From an uncultured Chloroflexia bacterium (GTDB lineage Bacteria; Chloroflexota; Limnocylindria; Limnocylindrales; CSP1-4): 64,000 nucleotides of DNA. The stretch covers positions 928,001-992,000 of the forward strand of contig CAVXPZ010000001.1 in the NCBI GenBank assembly GCA_963763775.1, in the 5' to 3' direction. Position numbers and translations under genes: made by a program. Below are positions 1 through 8,806 of this stretch, in pieces. Under the pieces are notes generated by a model. It was given only the letters and a program-made list of their open reading frames with translations. It ran no database searches and had not been told where the DNA came from. Positions within the stretch are counted from its first letter, which is position 1. Each line of letters starts with the position of its first letter.

Positions 1-229
1 GATGACGGCCATGAGGACGACCGACACCGCGTAGCCCTTCCAGCCCTGCTCGACCGTCTCGTCGATCCGAGCGACGCGGTAGATCCCTCGCTCGAGCGGG
101 CGGAGGACCGGACTGAGGATCGTGCGCTCGCCCTCCATGACGCGAGCGATGTAGCCCCCGAGGAACGGCGTGATCAGGATGACCGCGCCGAAGAAGACGA
201 CGAGGGTCAGGAAGATCGGAGATGGGCAC
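1..229 (-). CDS. kdpA: K+-transporting ATPase subunit A, N-terminal part (runs off window; 1-nt indel near start)
   Basis: Manual translation of minus strand: ...FLTLVVFFGAVILITPFLGGYIARVMEGERTILSPVLRPLERGIYRVARIDETVEQGWKGYAVSVV, typical KdpA N-terminus; directly after kdpF. Confidence 0.9.
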   Translation of the reverse strand, partial: MPISDLPDPRRLLRRGHPDHAVPRGLHRSRHGGRAHDPQSGPPPARARDLPRRSDRRDGRAGLEGLRGVGRPHGRH

Positions 230-231
230 GC

Positions 232-321
232 CTAGAGGTCCTCCGGGCGCAGCAGCGCCCACAGCAGGTAGACGAAGAGGAAGACGACCAGGAGCGCGGT
301 CAGGACCTCGAGCGCGTTCAT
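232..321 (-). CDS. kdpF: K+-transporting ATPase subunit F (29 aa)
   Basis: MNALEVLTALLVVFLFVYLLWALLRPEDL* matches KdpF YLxxALxxPE pattern; immediately upstream of kdpA. Confidence 0.9.
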   Translation of the reverse strand: MNALEVLTALLVVFLFVYLLWALLRPEDL

Positions 322-407
322 CGGCCGACCCGGTCGCACAGCGCGATGTAGCTGCCCAGCAGGAGGACGCAGACGACGAGGATCAGAAGGATCTGGAGAT
401 CGGTCAT
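318..407 (-). CDS. small hydrophobic peptide (29 aa) upstream of kdpF
   Basis: MTDLQILLILVVCVLLLGSYIALCDRVGR*; ATGA overlaps with both neighbours. Confidence 0.7.
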   Translation of the reverse strand: MTDLQILLILVVCVLLLGSYIALCDRVGR

Positions 408-787
408 GCTTCCGAGGGCTCCTTGTTGATCAGGCGATCGATCGTGGATCGCAGGGTGTCGAGGGCGAAGGGCTTGGGCAGGTAGCCGGCGACGTCGAAC
501 TCTCGAAGCCGGGCGGAGCTCACGGACATCGCGCTCGCGACGACCACCGGCGGTCGGCCGGCGTCCTCGTAGGCCTGGCTCCGCAGGACCGACCAGCCGG
601 TGTCGCCCGGCAGATTGATATCGAGGAGAAGCAGGTCCGGGCGAGGTCCGTCGGCGAGTCGCGCCATGGCCGCCTCGGCCGTCGGCGCGACCGTCACGAG
701 ATAGCCGTGCGCGTCGAGATGGGCCGCCAGCAGCCGCGACAGCGGCTCGTCGTCCTCGACCAGCAGGAGGTGTGACCCACTCGTCAT
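404..787 (-). CDS. single-domain response regulator (receiver only)
   Basis: HLLLVEDD...DLLLLDINLPG...YLPKPF; no output domain. Confidence 0.85.
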   Translation of the reverse strand: MTSGSHLLLVEDDEPLSRLLAAHLDAHGYLVTVAPTAEAAMARLADGPRPDLLLLDINLPGDTGWSVLRSQAYEDAGRPPVVVASAMSVSSARLREFDVAGYLPKPFALDTLRSTIDRLINKEPSEA

Positions 788-1038
788 GGCGCGCTCGCCC
801 GCCGGACCCGGATGTCCCTGGTGACTTCGTCCGGACCCCAGATGGGTTCGACGACCACCCCACGCTGGCTGGCGACCGGCTCGACGATCTCCAGGACGGA
901 GTCCGTGAGCCGGAGGCCGAAGACCATGGTCGATGGCGCGCCACCGGACGAGACGAGGTCGACGGCGCTCATGACGAGCGCCACCTCGCGGTCGATCGCG
1001 TGCTGGACGTCCAGGTCGGACCTGGTCGGGTGATCCAT
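784..1038 (-). CDS. hypothetical protein (84 aa)
   Basis: Protein-like composition, ATGA overlap with downstream receiver gene. Confidence 0.65.
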   Translation of the reverse strand: MDHPTRSDLDVQHAIDREVALVMSAVDLVSSGGAPSTMVFGLRLTDSVLEIVEPVASQRGVVVEPIWGPDEVTRDIRVRRASAP

Positions 1039-1121
1039 GCCTTGACCATGGCACTGGCCGCCAAGAGGCCAGCGACCCGGCGGGGCCCGCCCGCGCTCAA
1101 GGACCGCTCAAGTCGCCTCGA

Positions 1122-1860
1122 TCAGGGGGCGACGATGCGGTACCCCACGCCTGGCTCCGCCACGATCAGGCCGCGAAGCGTCCCGTCGACGTCGGCCGCG
1201 TCGATCTTGCGGCGGATCTGGCTGACGTAGACATGGACGTAGTGCGCCTCGTCGCTGTATGCCGTGCCCCACACGGCTCGGAGCAGCCGGCCGTGCGTGA
1301 CGAGGCGGCCCGCGTGGGCCAGCAGGACCTTGAGCACCTCGTACTCGCGCGGCGTGAGGTGGATGGACGTGCCACCCACGGTGACGAGCCGCCGGCCGAT
1401 GTCCATGGCGAGCGACCCGACCCGGATCTCGCCGCTCGGCATCGGCCGCCGGACCGGCCGCTCGCCGGAGCAAGGCGTCGATCCGTGCTCGCAGCTCGAC
1501 CATGCCGAACGGCTTCGTCACGTAGTCGTCGGCGCCCTGGTCGAGGGCGGCGACCTTGTCGGCTTCCCGGTCGCGCGCGGACAGGACCAGGATCGGCGTC
1601 GTCCCTTCGCGTCGGACGTGCCGGATGACGACGAGACCGTCCTCGTCCGGAAGGCCGAGGTCAAGGACGATGAGGTCGGGCCGCTGACGGCCCCAGGCCG
1701 CCGTCGCCGTCGCCGCGTCCCCGGCCTCCTCGACGAGGTGGTCGTGCCCGCGGAGGAAGGTCGCGATGGCGTGCCGGGTCGCCTCGTCGTCCTCGACGAG
1801 GAGGATCGCCGCACCGTCGCCCGCGTCGCCCGACCCTCGGGGCGCGGCGCCCGGCTTCAC
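1122..1860 (-). CDS. kdpE: KdpE-like OmpR-family response regulator (frameshift ~1445)
   Basis: ILLVEDD..DLIVLDLGLPD..ADDYVTKPFG receiver plus HLTPREY..LLRAVWG..VYVSQIRRKI..EPGVGYR winged helix in second frame. Confidence 0.85.
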
Positions 1861-3455
1861 GGGACGGGTTCCTCGTCGGGCTCCGGGGCGGCGATCGCGA
1901 CGTCGAACGTGATGGCCAGACCACCGAGGTCGCTCGCCCGCGCGGTCACCTGCCCACCCATGGCCTCCACGAGGCCGCGGACGACTGCGAGGCCGATCCC
2001 GGTCCCGCGCCGCGACCCCTCGCCCTTCCGCGTGACCCGATAGAACTTCTCGAACAGTCGCGGCAGCGCGTCCGGCGGGACGCCCGGCCCACCATCCTCG
2101 ATGGTCAGGCGGACGCGGCGGTCCGGCGTCAGGTCCGCCGAGATCCGGATGGGCGCGCTCGGTCCGGCATATTTGGCCGCGTTGTCGAGGGTGTTGGTGA
2201 GGACCTGGCCGATGAGCACTTCGTCGACCAGGACGGGCGGCAGGTCCGGCGGCACCTCGACCGTGACGACGCGGTCGCCGTTCGCCACGCCGGTCCGCTC
2301 GACGGCCTGGACGACCAGGTCCGACAACGCGAAGGCCGCGAGGGTCGGCCGAAGCTCGCCCGCCTCGACGCGGCTCATGTCGAGCAGGTTCGTGACGAGG
2401 CGGTTCAGCCACTCGGCCTCGCGGTCGATCGAGGCGGCGATCTCGCGCCGCTGGTCGGCGGGCCATTCGACATCGGGATCCATGAGCGTGCCGGCGGCGG
2501 CACGGATCGACGCGAGCGGCGTCCGCAGGTCGTGCGAGACCGAGTCCAGCAGGGCGGACTTGAGGGCCTCGCTCCGACGCGAGATCTCGGCGGAGGTGGC
2601 ATCGCGGCGCAGGCGGTCTCGCTGTAGTGCGCCGCCGATCTGATCGGCGGCGGCAGCGATGACGCGAGTGTCGCCCGGGTCAGGAGCGCCCAGGTCCCGG
2701 GGCCGGACCACCCACACGGACCCGAACGTCTGCTCGCCCGCGGCGATCCCGACGCGGTAGGCGTACTCGTCGGACGGCTGGCCGGACTTGCCGGCACGTC
2801 CGGGTGCGTGCACGCGAACCCAGTCCGCCGGTTCGTCACCGGGCCGGCGGCGGAGCACGTCGTGGACCGCGGGCGCGACCGGCGGGTGCCCGCCGTCGGA
2901 CCCCGTGTCGGCCGCGAGGGCGTCGGCCACGGTGATCCACACGCGGCGTGCCTGCGTCTCGGTCCTGAGGATCGCCGCGACCGGGGCCAGGGCCGACGAC
3001 GTGTCGCGCTCGGTCGCGAGCCGGAACGTGACATCGAACATCGCGGAGGCCTCCCGTTCGCCCTCGATCGCGGCCTCCGCTCGGTCGCGCTCGCGTCCTG
3101 CGAGCCGCCCGACGACGACGCCGATGACCAGGAGCAGCAGGAGGTTGAGCCATTCGGCGGGATCACGGACCGTGAACGTCAACGTCGGGGCGATGAAGAA
3201 GAAGTCGTAGACGAGGAACGCGCCGACGGCGGTGACGATCGCCGGGCCGGTGCCGCGGAGCACGGCCACGGCCACGACGGCCAGGAGATAGGTCGAGGAC
3301 GCGTCGTTGAGCCCGTACGCCTCCAGCGCCCCGATGACGATGGCCCCGAGCAGCAACGCGATGGCGATGACCGCGACGGTCGGGATCAGCCGGCGGAGTC
3401 GACGGCGGATCGCCGCGGACGACCGGCGCGGAGAGGCGTCCGGAGCGGCGGTCAC
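1857..3455 (-). CDS. kdpD: KdpD-like sensor histidine kinase (TM/DUF4118, GAF-like, HisKA, HATPase; lacks N-terminal KdpD and Usp domains)
   Basis: YDFFFIAPTLTF TM motif, SVSHDLRTPL H-box, LDNAAKY, DGGPG, GTGIGL; overlaps kdpE. Confidence 0.8.
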   Translation of the reverse strand: MTAAPDASPRRSSAAIRRRLRRLIPTVAVIAIALLLGAIVIGALEAYGLNDASSTYLLAVVAVAVLRGTGPAIVTAVGAFLVYDFFFIAPTLTFTVRDPAEWLNLLLLLVIGVVVGRLAGRERDRAEAAIEGEREASAMFDVTFRLATERDTSSALAPVAAILRTETQARRVWITVADALAADTGSDGGHPPVAPAVHDVLRRRPGDEPADWVRVHAPGRAGKSGQPSDEYAYRVGIAAGEQTFGSVWVVRPRDLGAPDPGDTRVIAAAADQIGGALQRDRLRRDATSAEISRRSEALKSALLDSVSHDLRTPLASIRAAAGTLMDPDVEWPADQRREIAASIDREAEWLNRLVTNLLDMSRVEAGELRPTLAAFALSDLVVQAVERTGVANGDRVVTVEVPPDLPPVLVDEVLIGQVLTNTLDNAAKYAGPSAPIRISADLTPDRRVRLTIEDGGPGVPPDALPRLFEKFYRVTRKGEGSRRGTGIGLAVVRGLVEAMGGQVTARASDLGGLAITFDVAIAAPEPDEEPVP

Positions 3456-4130
3456 CGGTCCCGTCCGCGGGCGATGCGCCGGGCGTCGCGGCTGACCCGG
3501 ACGAACTCGGTGAAGTGGCGCCACGGTCGGATGTGGCTCGGCTCGCCGGCGTAGATCGTCCGGATCGGGCACCCAGGCGATCGGAAGTCCGAGGGCGATG
3601 CAGCGGGCGATCATCTCGACCTCGAACTCGAACCCGTCCTCCTGCGAGGTCAGGAGCGCCCGCGTCAACTGCCGGCCGATCAACCGGTAGCCGGACTGGT
3701 TGTCGGGCACGTGCCGGCCGAGCGATGCGGACAGCAGCCAACCGCCGAGTTGGTTGGACACACGTCGGACCGGCGGCATCTCGCGGAAGTCGCGTCGCCC
3801 GATGATCAGCTCCGGCCGGTCGACCGCGAACGCGTCGAGGAACGCGGGGATCTCGTCGGGGTCGTGCTGGCCGTCCGCGTCGAGCGTCACGACCGCGTCG
3901 GCGTCGTGCTCGATGGCGTAGCGGAAGCCCGCGCGGAGCGCCGCGCCCTTGCCGGCGTTCGGGCGCTGACGGAGGACCGTGGCGCCGGCCGCCTCGGCCT
4001 GGGCGGCGGTGTCGTCGGTCGAGCCGTCGTCGACGACGACGACCGGGAGGTGGCGGGCGGCCGCGACCACGACCGGCCCGATCCGCGGGCCTTCCTGGTA
4101 TGCGGGGATCAGCCCGATGATCTGGCCCAT
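3452..4130 (-). CDS. glycosyltransferase family 2 (DPM synthase-like; frameshift ~3565)
   Basis: IPAYQE, VVDDGSTD, NAGKGAAL, TLDADGQH, DNQSGYR motifs. Confidence 0.85.
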
Positions 4131-5026
4131 GCGGCAACGGTACCGCGGTCGGTCTCCGCAGGCTCGATGCTCCCGTAGAGCCGCCACGCGATGGCGGCGC
4201 CGACCGCAGAGGTGAGGGCGAAGATCCCGATCGGGACGACCTGCACCTCGCCGGTGGCCGCCGCCTCTACGAGCAGCATCGCGGCGATCCCGGCCCCCAT
4301 GGCCATGCCCTTGACGATGACGATCGACGCCAGCAGGTACCCGACAGGCAACCGCCGGTAGACCGTCGCCGCCGTGAAGATCCCGAGCGGGACGAGCAGA
4401 CCCAGGTCGAACGCCTGGATCACGAACGTGACCCCGCCCTCGAGCTGCGGGACCTGGGTCGCCCCCCATGTCCGGGCGATCAGCGGCAACCACAACCCGA
4501 GCAGCAGCACGGCCATGAACACCCCGAACCCGATCGCCGCCCGGCGAGGGAACCGCTCCGAGAAGCGGGACGGCAGCGCGGCCACGTCGACCTCGCCCAG
4601 GAGGAGCCCCAGCCCGGAGACGCTCAGCGCGACGATCGCCACGTAGACCGGGAACATCGGACCGTAGGCCAGGAACACGGCGTACTCGACGTACTGATAG
4701 AGGAAGTAGGCCAGGACCCCCATGGTGAGCAGGGTGGCGCGGAGCGAGCGCCGACGGACGTACGGCAGGGTCACCAGCAGGGCGGGCACGACCAGGAACA
4801 GCGTGACGAGGTCCCAGCCGACACCTTCGGCCGCGACGGCCTTGCCGTTGAAGCGATAGATCCCACCGATGAGGGATTCGACGACGTCGCCGCGGACGGT
4901 CGTGAACGGCGTGGTGGCGAGATCGCCGCGCAGGAAGACCCCCGAGGCGCTGGCGATGGCGACCAGCCCGGCGACGAGCGCGAGCAGGACGACGACGGGG
5001 CGAGTGGCGGGAGCGGCGCGATCCAT
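4109..5026 (-). CDS. multi-pass membrane protein, unknown function
   Basis: About 8 hydrophobic segments, ATG with GGAGG upstream. Confidence 0.75.
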   Translation of the reverse strand: MDRAAPATRPVVVLLALVAGLVAIASASGVFLRGDLATTPFTTVRGDVVESLIGGIYRFNGKAVAAEGVGWDLVTLFLVVPALLVTLPYVRRRSLRATLLTMGVLAYFLYQYVEYAVFLAYGPMFPVYVAIVALSVSGLGLLLGEVDVAALPSRFSERFPRRAAIGFGVFMAVLLLGLWLPLIARTWGATQVPQLEGGVTFVIQAFDLGLLVPLGIFTAATVYRRLPVGYLLASIVIVKGMAMGAGIAAMLLVEAAATGEVQVVPIGIFALTSAVGAAIAWRLYGSIEPAETDRGTVAAWARSSG

Positions 5027-5165
5027 GGGTTCGACCTCCGACCCAAGGGTGCGGCCGCAGGTCGCGCGATCGACAGGGTCAGGCGGCCCGTTCTCGGCGG
5101 GACGACGGTCGTGCCCGGAGCCGGCCGGGCCGCGCTCGCGGGTCTGCCTGCGGTCGCGGGTCGGG

Positions 5166-5241
5166 TGGCGCCCCCGGCAGGATTCGAACCTGCGACCTTC
5201 CGCTTAGAAGGCGGTTGCTCTGTCCACTGAGCTACGGGGAC
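5166..5241 (-). tRNA. tRNA-Arg (anticodon TCT)
   Basis: Reverse complement GTCCCCGTAGCTCAGTGGACAGAGCAACCGCC-TTCTAA-GCGGAAGGTCGCAGGTTCGAATCCTGCCGGGGGCGCCA, with encoded CCA. Confidence 0.95.
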
Positions 5242-5358
5242 GCGCGCCGAGTCTACCGTCAGGGGCGTCCCGGAACACGGATTCGGCCGTGCTACACTCC
5301 GCGACCCATCGGCCCGACCTGCGATCGGGCGGCGGGGTCAGGGAGGATCCGACCGCCC

Positions 5359-6756
5359 ATGTCGGCACGTCCGACGCGCGCTCCGACCGCGGGCCAGCTC
5401 GCCCTCGAGCTGCCGCTCGAGCTGCCGCCGATCGAGATCGCGCCCGAGTGGAAGGACCAGCAGCGGCTCTGGGGCCACCCGTTCCACCCGATGTGCTCGT
5501 ACCTGGCGAGCTTCCCGGCCGCGCTCTCGCACGCATTCATCGCGCGCTACTCGCGGCCTGGCGACGTCGTCCTCGACCCGTTCTCCGGGCGTGGCACCAC
5601 CCCGCTCCAGGCGTGCGCGGAAGGTCGGATCGGCGTCGGCAACGACCTCAATCCGTTCGCGCACCTGCTGACCGCCGCCAAGGTCGAGCCGGCGACGCGG
5701 GCCCAGGCCGCGACCCGGCTGGCGGCGCTTCGCCTCGCCTGGAACGCGGACTCGGCCGCGTGGCTCGAGCTCGCCGATCGCCTCGCCAAGGACGCGGGCG
5801 CGACCGGCGTTCGCGTCCCGGTCGCCGGGTCCGGTGCCGGACCGGAGGACGCCCGCGAGACCGTCCCGCTCGAGGTGGCCCTGGCCTTCCACCCGCGGAC
5901 CCTCGGCCAGCTCCTGTTCGTGCGCACGACGCTCCGCCTCGACGACCGCACCGACCGGTTCCTGGCCGCGGCGATCACCGGGATCCTCCACGGCAAGAGC
6001 GCGTCGTACCTCTCCGAGCTCATGCCGAACACCTTCAGCATGGCGCCGCGCTACGTCCGCGACTTCGCCCGCCGGACCGAGTTCGCCTCGCCCGACCGCG
6101 ACGTCTTCGACGGCCTGGGCAAGAAGCTCGACCGCCTGTTCCGCGAGGCGCCGCCGCTCACGGAGGGCATCGCCCTCCTCGGCGACGCCCGGGACGTCGC
6201 ACCGCGGACCCGCGCCGCGCTGCGGGCGCGCGGACGCCCGGACCGGGCTCGCCTCGTCGTGACGTCGCCGCCCTACCTGCGCGTGGTCAAGTACGGCTAC
6301 TACAACTGGCTGCGAACGTGGTTCCTCGGGTTCGATGCCCACGAGATCGACGCGACGCTCGACGACGCCCACCATCGCGAGCCGTATCTCGCGTTCCTGC
6401 GGGACGTCCTGGCCGGGCTCCGGCCTGCCCTGACCGACGACGCGGTCGTCGTCCTCGTCATCGGGGACGTGGAGACGGACCGAGGACGCCGGATCCAGGG
6501 CGGCATCGGGCTAGCGGAGCGGGCCTGGGAGCAGGCGGCCGAGCCCGAGGGCTACCGGCTGGCCGGGGTCGCGCTCGACGACGTCGCCGCCGTCCGCAAG
6601 ATGACCAAGCTGTGGGGCGACGAGGCTGGGCGCGCGACGAAGACCGACCGGATCCTCGTCCTGGGCGCGACGGAGGCCGGGCGACGTCGCGCGCTCGCGG
6701 GCGCGGGCGTCGACATCGACTGGTCATGGCCGCCGAGGACCCTGCGCGCCCTCTAG
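5359..6756 (+). CDS. orphan DNA amino-methyltransferase (N4-C/N6-A type)
   Basis: SAM-binding VLDPFSGRGTT and catalytic VVTSPPY motifs; no adjacent nuclease. Confidence 0.8.
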   Translation: MSARPTRAPTAGQLALELPLELPPIEIAPEWKDQQRLWGHPFHPMCSYLASFPAALSHAFIARYSRPGDVVLDPFSGRGTTPLQACAEGRIGVGNDLNPFAHLLTAAKVEPATRAQAATRLAALRLAWNADSAAWLELADRLAKDAGATGVRVPVAGSGAGPEDARETVPLEVALAFHPRTLGQLLFVRTTLRLDDRTDRFLAAAITGILHGKSASYLSELMPNTFSMAPRYVRDFARRTEFASPDRDVFDGLGKKLDRLFREAPPLTEGIALLGDARDVAPRTRAALRARGRPDRARLVVTSPPYLRVVKYGYYNWLRTWFLGFDAHEIDATLDDAHHREPYLAFLRDVLAGLRPALTDDAVVVLVIGDVETDRGRRIQGGIGLAERAWEQAAEPEGYRLAGVALDDVAAVRKMTKLWGDEAGRATKTDRILVLGATEAGRRRALAGAGVDIDWSWPPRTLRAL

Positions 6757-6765
6757 AATGCCGCC

Positions 6766-6993
6766 ATGCAGCAGATGTACCACCCGTCGGACCTCGCCTC
6801 GATGGATCCGCTGGTCCTGATGAAGAACCTCGACCACGTCCGCATGACGAGCCGCCGACTGTCGTACATCCTCCAGCAGCAGGTCCACCTCTACACGCCC
6901 GAGGCGAACCAGCTCCGCGAGCAGATCGACCGCTACGTCGAGGCGGAGCGCCAGATCGAGGGCGAGATGGCGAGGCGCCGCATCCGCGCCTGA
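6766..6993 (+). CDS. small helical hypothetical protein (75 aa)
   Basis: Strong GC3 bias, TAGAAT 6 nt before ATG. Confidence 0.8.
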   Translation: MQQMYHPSDLASMDPLVLMKNLDHVRMTSRRLSYILQQQVHLYTPEANQLREQIDRYVEAERQIEGEMARRRIRA

Positions 6994-6997
6994 CCCG

Positions 6998-7462
6998 TCA
7001 GGCGCCCGCCGGCACCGTCGCGAGGCGGATCGGCACATCGATCCCGCGGTCCACGGATCGCTCCACGGGCTCCACGAGCCGCTCCGCGACGAACACGTGG
7101 GCCTCCACGTCGGCGACGACCTGGTCCGCCACCGCCGCCTCGTCGAGCGCCGGGCCGACCTCGATCTCGAACGCCACCGGCTCGGCCACGATCGCGACCG
7201 CCACAGGCCGCCGTCGTGCCTGCTCCTCGGCGATGACCGTCGCGGAGAGCACCGCGAGCGCCGGCATGTCGAAGAGGCTGAACCCGACCCCGAGGCCCGC
7301 GAGCTCGTCGGGCCCCATGCCCCGGAACAGGCCCCGGGCCGCCACCGCGCACATCTCGTCGTAGAGCTCCGGCCAGCCGACGCGCCGTCGGCGATAGCAG
7401 AACCGGACGAACTCGGTCGCGTCCGGATCAGTGATGACGGGGCCGGCGGTGCGCGATTCCAT
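6998..7462 (-). CDS. hypothetical protein (FVRFCYRRRRVGWPELYDEMC motif)
   Basis: ATG (MESRTAG) preceded by GAGGGAGG; globular N-half and acidic low-complexity tail. Confidence 0.7.
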   Translation of the reverse strand: MESRTAGPVITDPDATEFVRFCYRRRRVGWPELYDEMCAVAARGLFRGMGPDELAGLGVGFSLFDMPALAVLSATVIAEEQARRRPVAVAIVAEPVAFEIEVGPALDEAAVADQVVADVEAHVFVAERLVEPVERSVDRGIDVPIRLATVPAGA

Positions 7463-7664
7463 CGATGGCGTGCCCTCCCTCAGGCGGCCTCCGGTCCGGC
7501 TACGGCCGGAGCGCGGAGGCAATACGAAGCTCGGACCGACGGGATCGGCGTGTTCGATCCGCCCGCCGGATGGGTGGTCTCCCGGTGTGCCGGCCTCCCC
7601 TCCCCTGGTCTCGGCGGCCGGTACCCGCCATCGTAGGCCGCGCCGGGTGAGCCGGGAAGGGGGC

Positions 7665-7697
7665 TTGTCCACGACTTCGTCCACCAAGTTATCCACA
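7665..7697. promoter_or_regulatory. three tandem DnaA-box-like sites
   Basis: TTGTCCACG (7665), TCGTCCACC (7677), perfect TTATCCACA (7689), same orientation, 12-bp period. Confidence 0.6.
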
Positions 7698-7698
7698 A

Positions 7699-7725
7699 GA
7701 ACGGGCGTTCGGCGAACACCCGTTC
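7699..7725. promoter_or_regulatory. two GAAC-N4-GTTC sites (LexA box-like) that together also form a hairpin
   Basis: GAACGGGCGTTC (7699-7710) and GAACACCCGTTC (7714-7725). Confidence 0.5.
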
Positions 7726-7756
7726 CCATCACGCGTGAACCGGTCCGGCGACCGGT

Positions 7757-8806
7757 TCAGTGGCCGGGCCGCGAGAGCCCCAGGCCGTGTCGGTCCGTCA
7801 GCACCCAACGGTGTTCGGCGTCGAGGTCGAGGCCGTCGAATGGGTCGTCGGCGAGGAGCAGGCAGCCGTCGAGGTCGACCCAGTCCGCAAGCGAGGCGAC
7901 GGCCGCCGATCCTGCGATCCCGACGCTCGTCTCCTCCATGCACCCGAGGAACGTCCGCAGGCCGAGCTCGTGCGCCCGCGCGAGCATCGCCTTGGCCGGC
8001 TCGATGCCGCCGCACTTCGCAAGCTTGACGTTGACGCCCGCGACCACGCCGACGAGCCCATCGATGTCCTCGGGGAACACGCAGCTCTCGTCGGCGACGA
8101 TCGGGAGCGATGAGCGCTCCTGGAGCCAGCGGAGCTGGTCGAGGCGTCTGGCCGGGAAGGGCTGCTCGATGAGCTCCACGCCCAGACGCTCCAGGTCAGG
8201 GAGCAGGGCGAGCGCTCCCTCGGGGGTCCAGCCGGTGTTGGCGTCGACCCGGATCGGCCCGTCGAAGACGCCGCGCACGGCCTCGAGCGTGGCCAGGTCG
8301 CCGGGCCCGCCCACCTTGATCTTGAGGGCCGGGAAGTGGGCGGCTCGCGCCGCTCGCTGGGCCACGACGTCGGGCTCGTCGATGCCGATGGTGAAGTCGG
8401 TGGGCGGGATGGCCGCGCTCAGTCCGATGAGGTCGACCACCGGTCGCCCGAGGACCTTGCCGACGAGGTCGTGCAGGGCGATGTCGATCGCACACTTCGC
8501 CGCCCCGTGTCCGCGGATCGCGCCGTCCATGGCGGCCCCGGCCGCCCGAAGGCCCTCGGGGTTCGGCTCGACCTCGCCCACCACGTCGATCAGCATCGGC
8601 ATGACGACCGCCATCGTCTCCGTCGTCTCGCCGTAGAAGCGGTCCGGGTAGCCCTCGCCGACGCCGACGATCCCCGGGAACCGCGGGTCGCGCAGCTCCA
8701 CGATCACGGTCGTGACACCGTCCCCCGTCAGGTGGTCCGTCCGGGCGATCCGGAAGGGGTCACGGAGGGCCAGCCGGAGGACCTCGCTCGACAGGGCGAG
8801 CGTCAC
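7757..8806 (-). CDS. enolase-superfamily L-Ala-D/L-Glu epimerase / N-acetyl-D-Glu racemase (DgcA-like)
   Basis: LKIKVG, IRVDANTGW, IEQP, ADES, NVKLAKCGG, GCMEE, DLDG motifs. Confidence 0.85.
   Translation of the reverse strand: MTLALSSEVLRLALRDPFRIARTDHLTGDGVTTVIVELRDPRFPGIVGVGEGYPDRFYGETTETMAVVMPMLIDVVGEVEPNPEGLRAAGAAMDGAIRGHGAAKCAIDIALHDLVGKVLGRPVVDLIGLSAAIPPTDFTIGIDEPDVVAQRAARAAHFPALKIKVGGPGDLATLEAVRGVFDGPIRVDANTGWTPEGALALLPDLERLGVELIEQPFPARRLDQLRWLQERSSLPIVADESCVFPEDIDGLVGVVAGVNVKLAKCGGIEPAKAMLARAHELGLRTFLGCMEETSVGIAGSAAVASLADWVDLDGCLLLADDPFDGLDLDAEHRWVLTDRHGLGLSRPGH

Noticed and set aside
1857-4493. 878-aa GT2-histidine kinase fusion in the ORF track
   Set aside because: Produced by a frameshift in the GT2 tail; the proper GT2 C-terminus is in another frame and ends at the kdpD start.
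7665-7725. Possible oriC
   Set aside because: Only one perfect DnaA box, no AT-rich unwinding element and no dnaA/dnaN nearby; a regulatory role is more plausible.
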